NCBI RefSeq assembly: GCF_000022265.1
Contig: NC_011979.1
Location: 3,270,001-3,302,000, forward strand
Length of the DNA: 32,000 nt
Source of the DNA: Geotalea daltonii FRC-32
GTDB taxonomy: Bacteria > Desulfobacterota > Desulfuromonadia > Geobacterales > Geobacteraceae
Direction: 5' to 3'
Positions 25,336 through 32,000 of the stretch are shown here, one piece after another. The notes under the pieces are model-generated. The model was given only the letters and a program-made list of their open reading frames with translations, did no database searches and was not told the DNA's origin. A program made the translations under genes and the position numbers. Each line of letters starts with the position of its first letter. Positions within the stretch are counted from its first letter, which is position 1.

Positions 25336-26092
25336 CGGCCACTGCTGGCATGATCCAGATGGTACCCTTTTCTTTGACCTGAGTGATCCTGATCATCTTC
25401 AGTTTGCACAGCTCCAGAACGGCAAGAAAAGTGATGACAAGTGCATCCCGGGTAACATCGCCGATAAAAAGAGCCTCAAAGGTTATGGCTTCCTCCCCCT
25501 CCAGCAGGGCTAGAACCTCGGTTATCCGATCGGCGATGGAGAGGCCGTCGGCGCCAACCTCATGGAAGCTGTCCGGAGAGATCTTTGCCAGCACGCGCTG
25601 AAAGGCCTCAATCAGCTCGAACAGCTCCACATCCGCAGGTTCTTCTTCAGCTTCAAAGGAGGCAAGTTCAGGTGCAGGAAATTTGCGGGCAAACAGGTCC
25701 CGGCCCAGCAGCTCGCATTGGCCGAGGGTGGTGGCTGCTTCCTTGTATTTCTGGTATTCCAGAAGCCTGCGTACCAGCTCGGCCCTCGGGTCTTCCTCTG
25801 CCTCTTCGCTCTCTTCTTCCACAGTAACTGGAAGAAGCATCTTCGACTTGATCTGAAGAAGCGTTGCCGCCATGACGAGAAATTCGCCGGCAATATCCAG
25901 ATTCAGATCCTTCAGCAGGTCGATGTAATCCAGATACTGCCGTGTTATGGCAGCAATGGGAATGTTGTAGATATCGACTTCATTCTTCTTGATCAGATGC
26001 AGGAGCAGGTCGAGGGGGCCTTCGAATTCCTCGATGTTCACCTGGTAGGAAACATCGGTGGGAAATAAGGAGTTTTCAGTCATCACTTCCAT
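25277..26092 (-). CDS. scpA: segregation and condensation protein A (kleisin)
   Basis: The N-terminus FEGPLDLLLHLIKKNEVDIYNIPIAAIT is typical of ScpA. It sits in the conserved trpS-scpA-scpB arrangement. Confidence 0.9.
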   Translation of the reverse strand: MEVMTENSLFPTDVSYQVNIEEFEGPLDLLLHLIKKNEVDIYNIPIAAITRQYLDYIDLLKDLNLDIAGEFLVMAATLLQIKSKMLLPVTVEEESEEAEEDPRAELVRRLLEYQKYKEAATTLGQCELLGRDLFARKFPAPELASFEAEEEPADVELFELIEAFQRVLAKISPDSFHEVGADGLSIADRITEVLALLEGEEAITFEALFIGDVTRDALVITFLAVLELCKLKMIRITQVKEKGTIWIMPAVADGADEPEEVEEGNAHVGES

Positions 26093-26107
26093 AAAATCGA
26101 GTGCTCC

Positions 26108-27091
26108 CTATACCTTAAGGGCAGCCCTCACATCGGTCATGGTCTTGCCGGCTTCCTCGGCAGCCTTGACTGCGCCGTTTGCAAGCACCTCATCGATCAG
26201 GTCCGGTTTCTCGGACAGCTCTTCACGTCGGCTGCGGAAAGGAGCCAGGGTGTCGATCATGCACTGGGCCAGGATCTTTTTGCAGTCCACGCAGCCGATC
26301 TGGGCACTGCGACAGGCGCTGACGATCTCCGACCGTTTCTCCTCGGGCACATACAGGCTATGCAGGGTGAAGGCCACGCACCGATCCGGTTCGCCCGGAT
26401 CACTACGCAATGGGCGCTGGGCATCGGTCACCATGGACATGACCTTTTTCCGTGTCTCTTCAGCGGTGTCGGAGAGGAAGATGGCATTGCCGTAAGACTT
26501 GCTCATCTTGCGTCCGTCAAGCCCCACCACCTTCGGGGTCTCGGTAAGAAGGGCAGACGGCTCCGGGAAAACCTCGCCATAGAGGTAGTTGAAACGGCGG
26601 GCTATTTCCCGGGTAAGTTCCAGGTGCGGGATCTGGTCCTGGCCGACAGGCACGCGGGCCGCTTTATAGACAATGATGTCGGCAGCCATGAGCACCGGGT
26701 AACCTAGAAAACCGAAGGTGGAAAGATCCTTGGTCGTCAGGTTTTCCTGCATCTCCTTATAGGTTGGATTGCGCTCTAGCCAGGAAACGGGGGTGATCAT
26801 GGAAAGAACCAGGTTAAGTTCCGCATGCTGCGGTACCTGGCTCTGGATGAAGACGGTACTTTTATCGGGATCGATGCCGAAAGCCAGCCAGTCGAGCACC
26901 ATGTCGCGGATATTGTCCCGGATCCCTTCCGTATTGGCATATTCGGTGGTCAACGAATGCCAGTCGGCAGCAAAGAAGAAACATTCGAATTCCTGCTGAA
27001 GTTCGAGCCAATTGGAGAGTACCCCGTGGTAATGCCCCAGGTGCAGCTTTCCGGTCGGCCTCATGCCGCTGACGATACGTTTGTTTTTCAT
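26108..27091 (-). CDS. trpS: tryptophan--tRNA ligase
   Basis: Class-I motifs are GKLHLGHYHG (HIGH) and KMSKS, in a 327-aa TrpRS-like layout. Confidence 0.96.
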   Translation of the reverse strand: MKNKRIVSGMRPTGKLHLGHYHGVLSNWLELQQEFECFFFAADWHSLTTEYANTEGIRDNIRDMVLDWLAFGIDPDKSTVFIQSQVPQHAELNLVLSMITPVSWLERNPTYKEMQENLTTKDLSTFGFLGYPVLMAADIIVYKAARVPVGQDQIPHLELTREIARRFNYLYGEVFPEPSALLTETPKVVGLDGRKMSKSYGNAIFLSDTAEETRKKVMSMVTDAQRPLRSDPGEPDRCVAFTLHSLYVPEEKRSEIVSACRSAQIGCVDCKKILAQCMIDTLAPFRSRREELSEKPDLIDEVLANGAVKAAEEAGKTMTDVRAALKV

Positions 27092-27144
27092 TTGGTACTG
27101 ACTCCTTTTGGATATTTTTGGTGCAGGAAGCGCATGGGTGCCCT

Positions 27145-27825
27145 TTATCGCATGAGCAGCTTGGTGACACTGAAGACAAGGCTGCTTTGCGGGCCGGCCA
27201 GCAGGTGAATCCCCGCGCTTAAAATCGGCAGCAGGACATAACTGAAAATGTCGGTAAAAAAGACCAGAGCAATAATAATGATCATGCCATATGGCTCAAG
27301 CCTCGAAAAAGCCTCGGACTGGCGGTAGGGCAGTAATCCTGCGGTAACCCGTCCCCCGTCCAGCGGCGGCATGGGGATCAGATTGAAGATGGCCAGCAGC
27401 AGGTTGATATAAACTGAAAAGCCGAGCATCAACGCCACCGGCTCGACAACCGATTGAACCGCCGGCATGGAGGACCCATCATAGGTGAGAGTGGCCAGGA
27501 CTCGCAAGGCCAGAGCGGAAACCGCTGCCAGGATGAAATTGGTGATGGGGCCAGCCGCGGCAACCCAGATCATATCCCGTTTGGGATGTCTCAGGTTGTT
27601 GAAGTTGACCGGCACCGGCTTCGCCCATCCGATGCCGACAATAAAAATCATCAACGTCCCGAAAATATCAAGGTGCTTCAGGGGATTAAGGGTCAGACGG
27701 CCCATATAGCGGGCGGTATTGTCACCGAACTTGTCGGCGACGAAGCCGTGGGAAACTTCGTGGCAGGTAATGGCCATCAGAGCGGGAACGAGCATGATTG
27801 AAAGCTTGAGGAAAAAATTCTCCAT
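27145..27825 (-). CDS. M50 site-2 protease family membrane metalloprotease
   Basis: HEVSHG (HExxH) in TM1 and NLIPMPPLDGG (NxxPxxxLDG) are present. It is a multi-TM protein of 226 aa. Confidence 0.85.
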   Translation of the reverse strand: MENFFLKLSIMLVPALMAITCHEVSHGFVADKFGDNTARYMGRLTLNPLKHLDIFGTLMIFIVGIGWAKPVPVNFNNLRHPKRDMIWVAAAGPITNFILAAVSALALRVLATLTYDGSSMPAVQSVVEPVALMLGFSVYINLLLAIFNLIPMPPLDGGRVTAGLLPYRQSEAFSRLEPYGMIIIIALVFFTDIFSYVLLPILSAGIHLLAGPQSSLVFSVTKLLMR

Positions 27826-28040
27826 GAAACTCCTGGGATTCTCGATGATTGATCAGCCTGTTGTATCTAACAGATAAAGGGAGGAAAGTCAACGGCGGCG
27901 CTGCTTTCTGGCGGCTTTCCTCCAGCCGCTGCGGCTCAGATGAAATAATTTTTGCTTGCCCGTGTTTGGGAAAAAGTGTATCAATCTGAGCTTTTCCAAT
28001 GGGAGCATTTGATGCCCAACGTAGACCGGAAGGAACAACA

Positions 28041-30311
28041 ATGACTCTGACAGACCAGCAACTGACGCGTATTCTTGACGTAATCGTCGAAGAAACCGGA
28101 CTCGCAGCCAAACAGGTGGCCAATACTGTCGCCCTCCTCCAGGAAGGGGCTACCGTCCCCTTCATTGCCCGTTACCGGAAAGAACTGACCTTCGAGCTGG
28201 ACGAGGTGCAGATCCGCCAGATTGAAGATAATCTCGCTTACCATTCCGAGCTGGAAGAGCGGAAAGTAACGGTTCTCAAGACCATCGGCGAACAGGGAAA
28301 ACTGACGCCTGAACTGCAAACCCGCATCGAACAAACCAGGACAAAAACAGAACTTGAGGATCTTTATCTCCCCTATAAACCAAAACGGCGAACCAAGGCG
28401 ACCATTGCCAAAGAGCGTGGCCTGGAGCCGTTGGCTGACATCATCGCTGCCCAGGAACTGACTGCCGGCACCCCCGAGGAAGCAGCAGCGCCCTTTGTAA
28501 ATCCGGACAAGGATGTAGCCGATGCGGCGGCGGCCCTGGAAGGGGCAGGACATATCCTGGCCGAACGCCTGAGCGAAGATGCCGATGCCCGGTCTTTTGT
28601 CCGCCGTGTTTCCGGTGAGCAGGGGATATTCTGTTCGCGGGTGGCGCCTGACAAAAAGGAGACGGTCAGCAAGTTCGAGATGTACTACGACTACCAGGAG
28701 CCGCTGAAGACCATACCGTCCCACCGGATGCTGGCCATGCGACGCGGCGAAAAGGAAGAGTTTCTCTTTCTCTCCATCATTGCCCCGGTGGATGAAATTC
28801 TGGCAGGGCTGAAATCCAGGCTGATCAAGGGGGACAGCATCTTCCGCCCGCTCCTGGAAGCCATTGCCGAAGATGCGTACCGCAGGCTTGTTGCACCTTC
28901 CATTGAAGTGGAGCTGCGACTGGAATCCAAGAATCGGGCCGATGAAGCGGCCATTGCCGTTTTTGCCGAAAATCTGAAGAACCTGCTGCTGCTGCCGCCG
29001 GCGGGAAACAAACGCGTGCTGGGCGTTGACCCGGGCTTGCGCACCGGCTCCAAACTGGCAGCAGTGGATGAAACCGGCCGTTTCCTCGGCCACTGCACCA
29101 TCTATCCCCACACCGGGAGCGGCAATATCGAGCCGGCAAAAAGGGAGCTGCTGCGCATGATCCACAGCCACCAGAGCGAACTGGTGGCCATCGGCAACGG
29201 TACCGCCGGCCGTGAAATGGAGCTGTTCGTCCGCCAGACACTGACGGAAGCCGGTCTCCGGCTGCCGGTCGTTGTCGTCAACGAGGCGGGAGCCAGTGTC
29301 TACTCGGCATCGGATATCGCCCGTGAGGAATTTCCCGAGCTGGACCTGACGGTGCGTGGCGCCATATCCATCGCCAGGCGTCTCCAGGACCCCCTTGCCG
29401 AGTTGGTCAAGATCGATCCGAAAAGTATCGGCGTCGGCCAGTATCAGCATGATGTGAATCAGAACGCCCTGAAAAAGTCCCTGGACGCGGTGGTCGAGTC
29501 GTGCGTGAATTTCGTCGGTGTCGACCTGAATACCGCCTCGTGGGCGCTGCTTTCCTATGTTTCGGGCCTGAATGAAACACAGGCGCGGGCCATTACCAGT
29601 CATCGCGACCAGAATGGACCGTTTGCCTCCCGACAGACGCTGCTCAAGGTCAGCCGTTTCGGGCCGAAGACTTTCGAGCAGGCGGCAGGGTTCCTGCGCA
29701 TCAGAAATGGCGAGAACCCCCTGGACAACACCGCCGTGCACCCGGAAAACTATTCGCTGGTGTCAGCCATGGCCCAGGACCTTTCCACTACCGTTGCAGA
29801 CATGGTGAAGGAGCCTTCCATCGTCGGCCGGATCGATCTGAAACGCTACGTGACTGACATGGTCGGGTTGCCGACCCTGAGGGATATCATCGAAGAGTTG
29901 AAAAAGCCGGGGCGGGACCCCAGGGCCAAATTCGAGACCGCGACCCTGCGTGACGACGTAACAACTATCGGCGACCTCCAGGAAGGGATGATCCTCCAGG
30001 GGACTGTCACCAACGTGGCTGCGTTTGGCGCGTTTGTGGATATCGGCGTTCACCAGGACGGCCTTGTCCATGTGAGCCACCTGTCCCGGCGCTTTGTCAG
30101 GGAAGCAAGCGAAGCGGTAAAAGTTGGGGAAATCGTCAAGGTGAAGGTTCTTGCCGTGGACCTGCAGCGGAAGCGAATATCTCTGTCGATTAAAGAAGCT
30201 GAACCAGGCAGAGAGAAGGAAAAACCAGCATCACGCCCCGCAGCCGGGAAAAATACAGGGGCTGCAGATTTGAGTGGCTGGGAAAAGGCGGGATTCCGTG
30301 TAAAAAAATAG
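28041..30311 (+). CDS. tex: Tex-family RNA-binding transcription accessory protein (C-terminal S1 domain)
   Basis: N-terminus VANTVALLQEGATVPFIARYRKE, a YqgF/RuvC-like LGVDPGLRTGSKLAAVD, an HhH region, and the S1 domain GMILQGTVTNVAAFGAFVDIGVHQDGLVHVS. ATG at 28041 (MTLTDQQL) is more plausible than the track start at 27999. Confidence 0.93.
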   Translation: MTLTDQQLTRILDVIVEETGLAAKQVANTVALLQEGATVPFIARYRKELTFELDEVQIRQIEDNLAYHSELEERKVTVLKTIGEQGKLTPELQTRIEQTRTKTELEDLYLPYKPKRRTKATIAKERGLEPLADIIAAQELTAGTPEEAAAPFVNPDKDVADAAAALEGAGHILAERLSEDADARSFVRRVSGEQGIFCSRVAPDKKETVSKFEMYYDYQEPLKTIPSHRMLAMRRGEKEEFLFLSIIAPVDEILAGLKSRLIKGDSIFRPLLEAIAEDAYRRLVAPSIEVELRLESKNRADEAAIAVFAENLKNLLLLPPAGNKRVLGVDPGLRTGSKLAAVDETGRFLGHCTIYPHTGSGNIEPAKRELLRMIHSHQSELVAIGNGTAGREMELFVRQTLTEAGLRLPVVVVNEAGASVYSASDIAREEFPELDLTVRGAISIARRLQDPLAELVKIDPKSIGVGQYQHDVNQNALKKSLDAVVESCVNFVGVDLNTASWALLSYVSGLNETQARAITSHRDQNGPFASRQTLLKVSRFGPKTFEQAAGFLRIRNGENPLDNTAVHPENYSLVSAMAQDLSTTVADMVKEPSIVGRIDLKRYVTDMVGLPTLRDIIEELKKPGRDPRAKFETATLRDDVTTIGDLQEGMILQGTVTNVAAFGAFVDIGVHQDGLVHVSHLSRRFVREASEAVKVGEIVKVKVLAVDLQRKRISLSIKEAEPGREKEKPASRPAAGKNTGAADLSGWEKAGFRVKK

Positions 30312-30340
30312 GATCGTGAAAAAAGATTGCCTGAGACAGA

Positions 30341-30398
30341 AAGGCGCCAATTATCAAGGACAACTGATGCTCCTGGATTATTGGCGCCTTTGCTTTTG
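30341..30398 (+). terminator. tex terminator (long-loop hairpin plus T-rich tail)
   Basis: AAGGCGCCAAT (30341-30351) pairs perfectly with ATTGGCGCCTT (30380-30390) and is followed by TGCTTTTGCT. The 28-nt loop has partial internal pairing. Confidence 0.6.
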
Positions 30399-30405
30399 CT
30401 GAACT

Positions 30406-30605
30406 GCTGTAATTATTTAGTTTCCATCCGGAAACTCCGGATGAGAAACTAGTGGTTTCCGATTCGGAAAGAGGGGATTTTTTGTTCTGGCAAGGAAATC
30501 AAGGGCTTGCGCGGAGACGTACATCGGTACGTCGCACAAGTAAGCCCGCAGATTGACGCCGCCAGGGCAGAAAAGAACCCTTTCCGGATGGAAACTATTT
30601 ACAGC
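30406..30605. repeat. 200-bp inverted-repeat-bounded, palindrome-rich element (MITE-like or structured RNA locus)
   Basis: Left arm is GCTGTAA-TTATT-TAGTTTCCATCCGGAAA (30406-30434). Right arm is TTTCCGGATGGAAACTA-T-TTACAGC (30581-30605), giving a 17/17 core plus a 7/7 flank. Internal hairpins lie at 30418-30451, 30456-30470 and 30516-30533. Confidence 0.4.
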
Positions 30606-31035
30606 GGAGGAGTTTCCTGCCGATGTTGAAGAGGACCTCTATCTTGCCTTGCTGGCGGGAGCAGACCACGCCAAAGCCGAATACCGGGTGATCCAGGAGA
30701 TCCTCTACTTTAAAGGAACCTTCCATATCGTAGGGAATTGCCCGCCCGGTATCTTTGGTGTGAAAAAGCCGTTCCCACTCTTCGCGCTCTGATTCTCCGG
30801 CGTCTTTTTTCACCTTCGGCCGCGGCGATGCAGTTGATCCTGAAGCGGCTCTGCGCGGTTTAGGGTCTTCTTTCGGCTTCTCAGCACGATGGTTATGTTC
30901 GCTGCCGCAGGTGTTGCATTTGACGCGGGCCACGCGTCCTCCCACCATGGCAATTATGGTATGGTTATACACAGCCTTGCATCGAGTACACATTGATTCT
31001 ATTTCACTGCCTGCAGCCAATATTCTTCCTGTCAT
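30595..31035 (-). CDS. small zinc-ribbon protein with basic linker and C-terminal Tudor/DUF3553-like beta domain (hypothetical)
   Basis: CTRC...(19 aa)...CNTCG forms a four-Cys zinc ribbon. A Lys/Pro/Arg-rich linker follows. The C-terminal FKVEDLLDHPVFGFGVVCSRQQGKIEVLFNIGRKLL resembles the G-x-V-x-H-x-x-FG-x-G-x-V...V-x-F pattern of PcrA/UvrD C-terminal Tudor and DUF3553 domains. Confidence 0.6.
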   Translation of the reverse strand: MTGRILAAGSEIESMCTRCKAVYNHTIIAMVGGRVARVKCNTCGSEHNHRAEKPKEDPKPRRAASGSTASPRPKVKKDAGESEREEWERLFHTKDTGRAIPYDMEGSFKVEDLLDHPVFGFGVVCSRQQGKIEVLFNIGRKLLRCK

Positions 31036-31065
31036 GACCTTCCTCTTGCGGTGTTTTCGCCCATG

Positions 31066-31095
31066 AAAAAAGGTTTAACCGTTTCGGTCAAACCT
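31066..31095 (-). terminator. Rho-independent terminator after tRNA-Leu
   Basis: The minus strand reads AGGTTTGACCG-AAA-CGGTTAAACCT (11-bp stem with one G-U) followed by TTTTTT, 15 nt after the tRNA 3' end. Confidence 0.8.
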
Positions 31096-31109
31096 CAAAG
31101 ATTGCTAAA

Positions 31110-31194
31110 TGGTGCGAGATGGGAGACTTGAACTCCCACGAGTTACCCCGCCAGATCCTAAGTCTGGTGCGTCTGCCAATTCCGCCAATCTCGC
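31110..31194 (-). tRNA. tRNA-Leu (anticodon UAG), long variable arm, CCA encoded
   Basis: The reverse complement is GCGAGATTGGCGGAATTGGCAGACGCACCAGACTTAGGATCTGGCGGGGTAACTCGTGGGAGTTCAAGTCTCCCATCTCGCACCA. The anticodon loop is CTTAGGA. Confidence 0.95.
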
Positions 31195-31245
31195 TTATCT
31201 GTCACTAATAATAAGCCCCGTTTTTGGCGGGGCTTTGTGTCTAGT

Positions 31246-31322
31246 TGGGGTGGCTAGTGGGATTCGAACCCACGTATGAACGAGTCACAGTCGTTTGTGT
31301 TAACCGCTTCACCATAGCCACC
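31246..31322 (-). tRNA. tRNA-His (anticodon GUG) with encoded G-1, CCA encoded
   Basis: The reverse complement is GGTGGCTATGGTGAAGCGGTTAACACAAACGACTGTGACTCGTTCATACGTGGGTTCGAATCCCACTAGCCACCCCA. The anticodon loop is CTGTGAC, and an extra 5' G pairs with discriminator C. Confidence 0.95.
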
Positions 31323-31334
31323 ATATGTGGGAAA

Positions 31335-31411
<77 letters not shown>

Positions 31412-31417
31412 ACAAAA

Positions 31418-31496
<79 letters not shown>

Positions 31497-31509
31497 ATCG
31501 AAGACAAAC

Positions 31510-31538
31510 TTTATAGCACAGGATTGGGTGACCTGCAA
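31510..31538 (-). promoter_or_regulatory. candidate sigma-70 promoter of the tRNA-Pro/Arg/His(/Leu) cluster
   Basis: The minus strand has TTGCAG (31538-31533), a 17-nt spacer, then TATAAA (31515-31510). It ends 13 nt before the tRNA-Pro 5' end, with an A/T-rich tract (GAAATTTGAGTAAAAAAGC) upstream. Confidence 0.45.
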
Positions 31539-31559
31539 GCTTTTTTACTCAAATTTCAA

Positions 31560-32000
31560 CTAAGTGTTTACCGTGGCAAGAAATTCCTTCAGGGCTTCAA
31601 GAGCTTTGCCCCGATGACTGATCCTGTTTTTTATGCTCATGGGCAGTTCGGCCAGGGTCAGGCTATACTCGGGAACCAGAAAAAGAGGGTCATAACCGAA
31701 TCCCTCTGATCCCCTGGGGCTGTCCAGGATCAGGCCGCGCAGTTCCCCATCGAAAGTACGGCAGGACCCGTCCGGGTAACATAGGGCCACGACACAGTGA
31801 AACGCAGCCGAACGCTCCGTCTCCGGTAGTCGAGCCAGCTCTCCAAGCAGCTTGTCGTTATTGTCCGCGTCGCTGGCCCCTTCCCCGGCAAATCTGGCCG
31901 AGAATACGCCGGGATTGCCCTCCAGGGCGTCGACAACAAGCCCGGAATCATCTGCGAGAACGGGCTTACCTGTAGCCTCTGCAGCGGCTTTTGCCTTTTT
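31560..32000 (-). CDS. rdgB: RdgB/HAM1 non-canonical purine NTP pyrophosphatase, C-terminal ~146 codons (5' end beyond the right window edge)
   Basis: The frame stays open from 32000. Manual translation gives ...[67 protein letters not shown]... and continues into the track ORF ending ...[45 protein letters not shown] and SHR are RdgB hallmarks. Confidence 0.88.
   Translation of the reverse strand, partial: KKAKAAAEATGKPVLADDSGLVVDALEGNPGVFSARFAGEGASDADNNDKLLGELARLPETERSAAFHCVVALCYPDGSCRTFDGELRGLILDSPRGSEGFGYDPLFLVPEYSLTLAELPMSIKNRISHRGKALEALKEFLATVNT

Noticed and set aside
27981-29741. 586-aa ORF on the minus strand, the longest unannotated ORF in the window
   Set aside because: It lies entirely antisense to tex, which has unmistakable Tex motifs. 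Its translation is low-complexity (R/G/Q/L/F-rich) with no recognisable motif, RBS or sensible start context. This is typical stop-poor antisense frame behaviour in a moderately GC-rich gene.
30400-30594. Riboswitch (for example a GEMM-type cyclic-dinucleotide riboswitch, common in Geobacter-like genomes) in the structured spacer
   Set aside because: The region lies downstream of both flanking genes (convergent), not in a 5' UTR. I also could not find the conserved GEMM features (GNRA tetraloop/receptor, ACGCAAA-type cores) on either strand. A covariance-model scan is still advisable.

Overview
Mostly core-genome window, about 90% coding and mainly on the minus strand. Gene content suggests a Desulfuromonadales-type (Geobacter/Pelobacter-like) deltaproteobacterium; this is an inference, since no rRNA is present.

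Gene order, left to right:
- gluQ (partial, missed by the ORF track), ppnP
- glnB-glnA behind a clear sigma-54 promoter
- panE, an M23 peptidase
- a tightly packed minus-strand cluster: giant Wza-like exporter, Wzz-like co-polymerase, VanZ, PAP2, HAD, HrpB
- tRNA-Gln/tRNA-Glu
- korDABC (2-oxoacid:ferredoxin oxidoreductase)
- a MucR/Ros regulator with a Lys/Ala-rich tail
- bioB-bioD-bioA with a BirA-type operator
- a small glycine-zipper protein
- amrB (Memo-like) coupled to a DHH-CBS-CCA/poly(A) polymerase fusion
- scpB, scpA, trpS, an M50 protease, tex
- a Zn-ribbon/Tudor-like small protein
- tRNA-Pro/Arg/His/Leu and rdgB (partial)

I see no CRISPR array, integrase, transposase, reverse transcriptase, toxin-antitoxin pair or recognisable defence island.

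The most unusual signals are non-coding:
- The same (TGATTGG)n heptanucleotide array lies in sense orientation in two unrelated intercistronic spacers, korA-korB and bioB-bioD.
- Other heptad arrays lie next to the kor array and in a tRNA spacer.
- A 200-bp inverted-repeat-bounded nest of palindromes sits in the tex / Zn-ribbon convergent spacer.

Protein-level oddities are the DHH-CBS-CCA fusion coupled to an orphan AmrB, the MucR-H1-like fusion, and the 972-aa FN3/coiled-coil Wza-like exporter. All functional readings come from motif recognition by eye. No database search was run.
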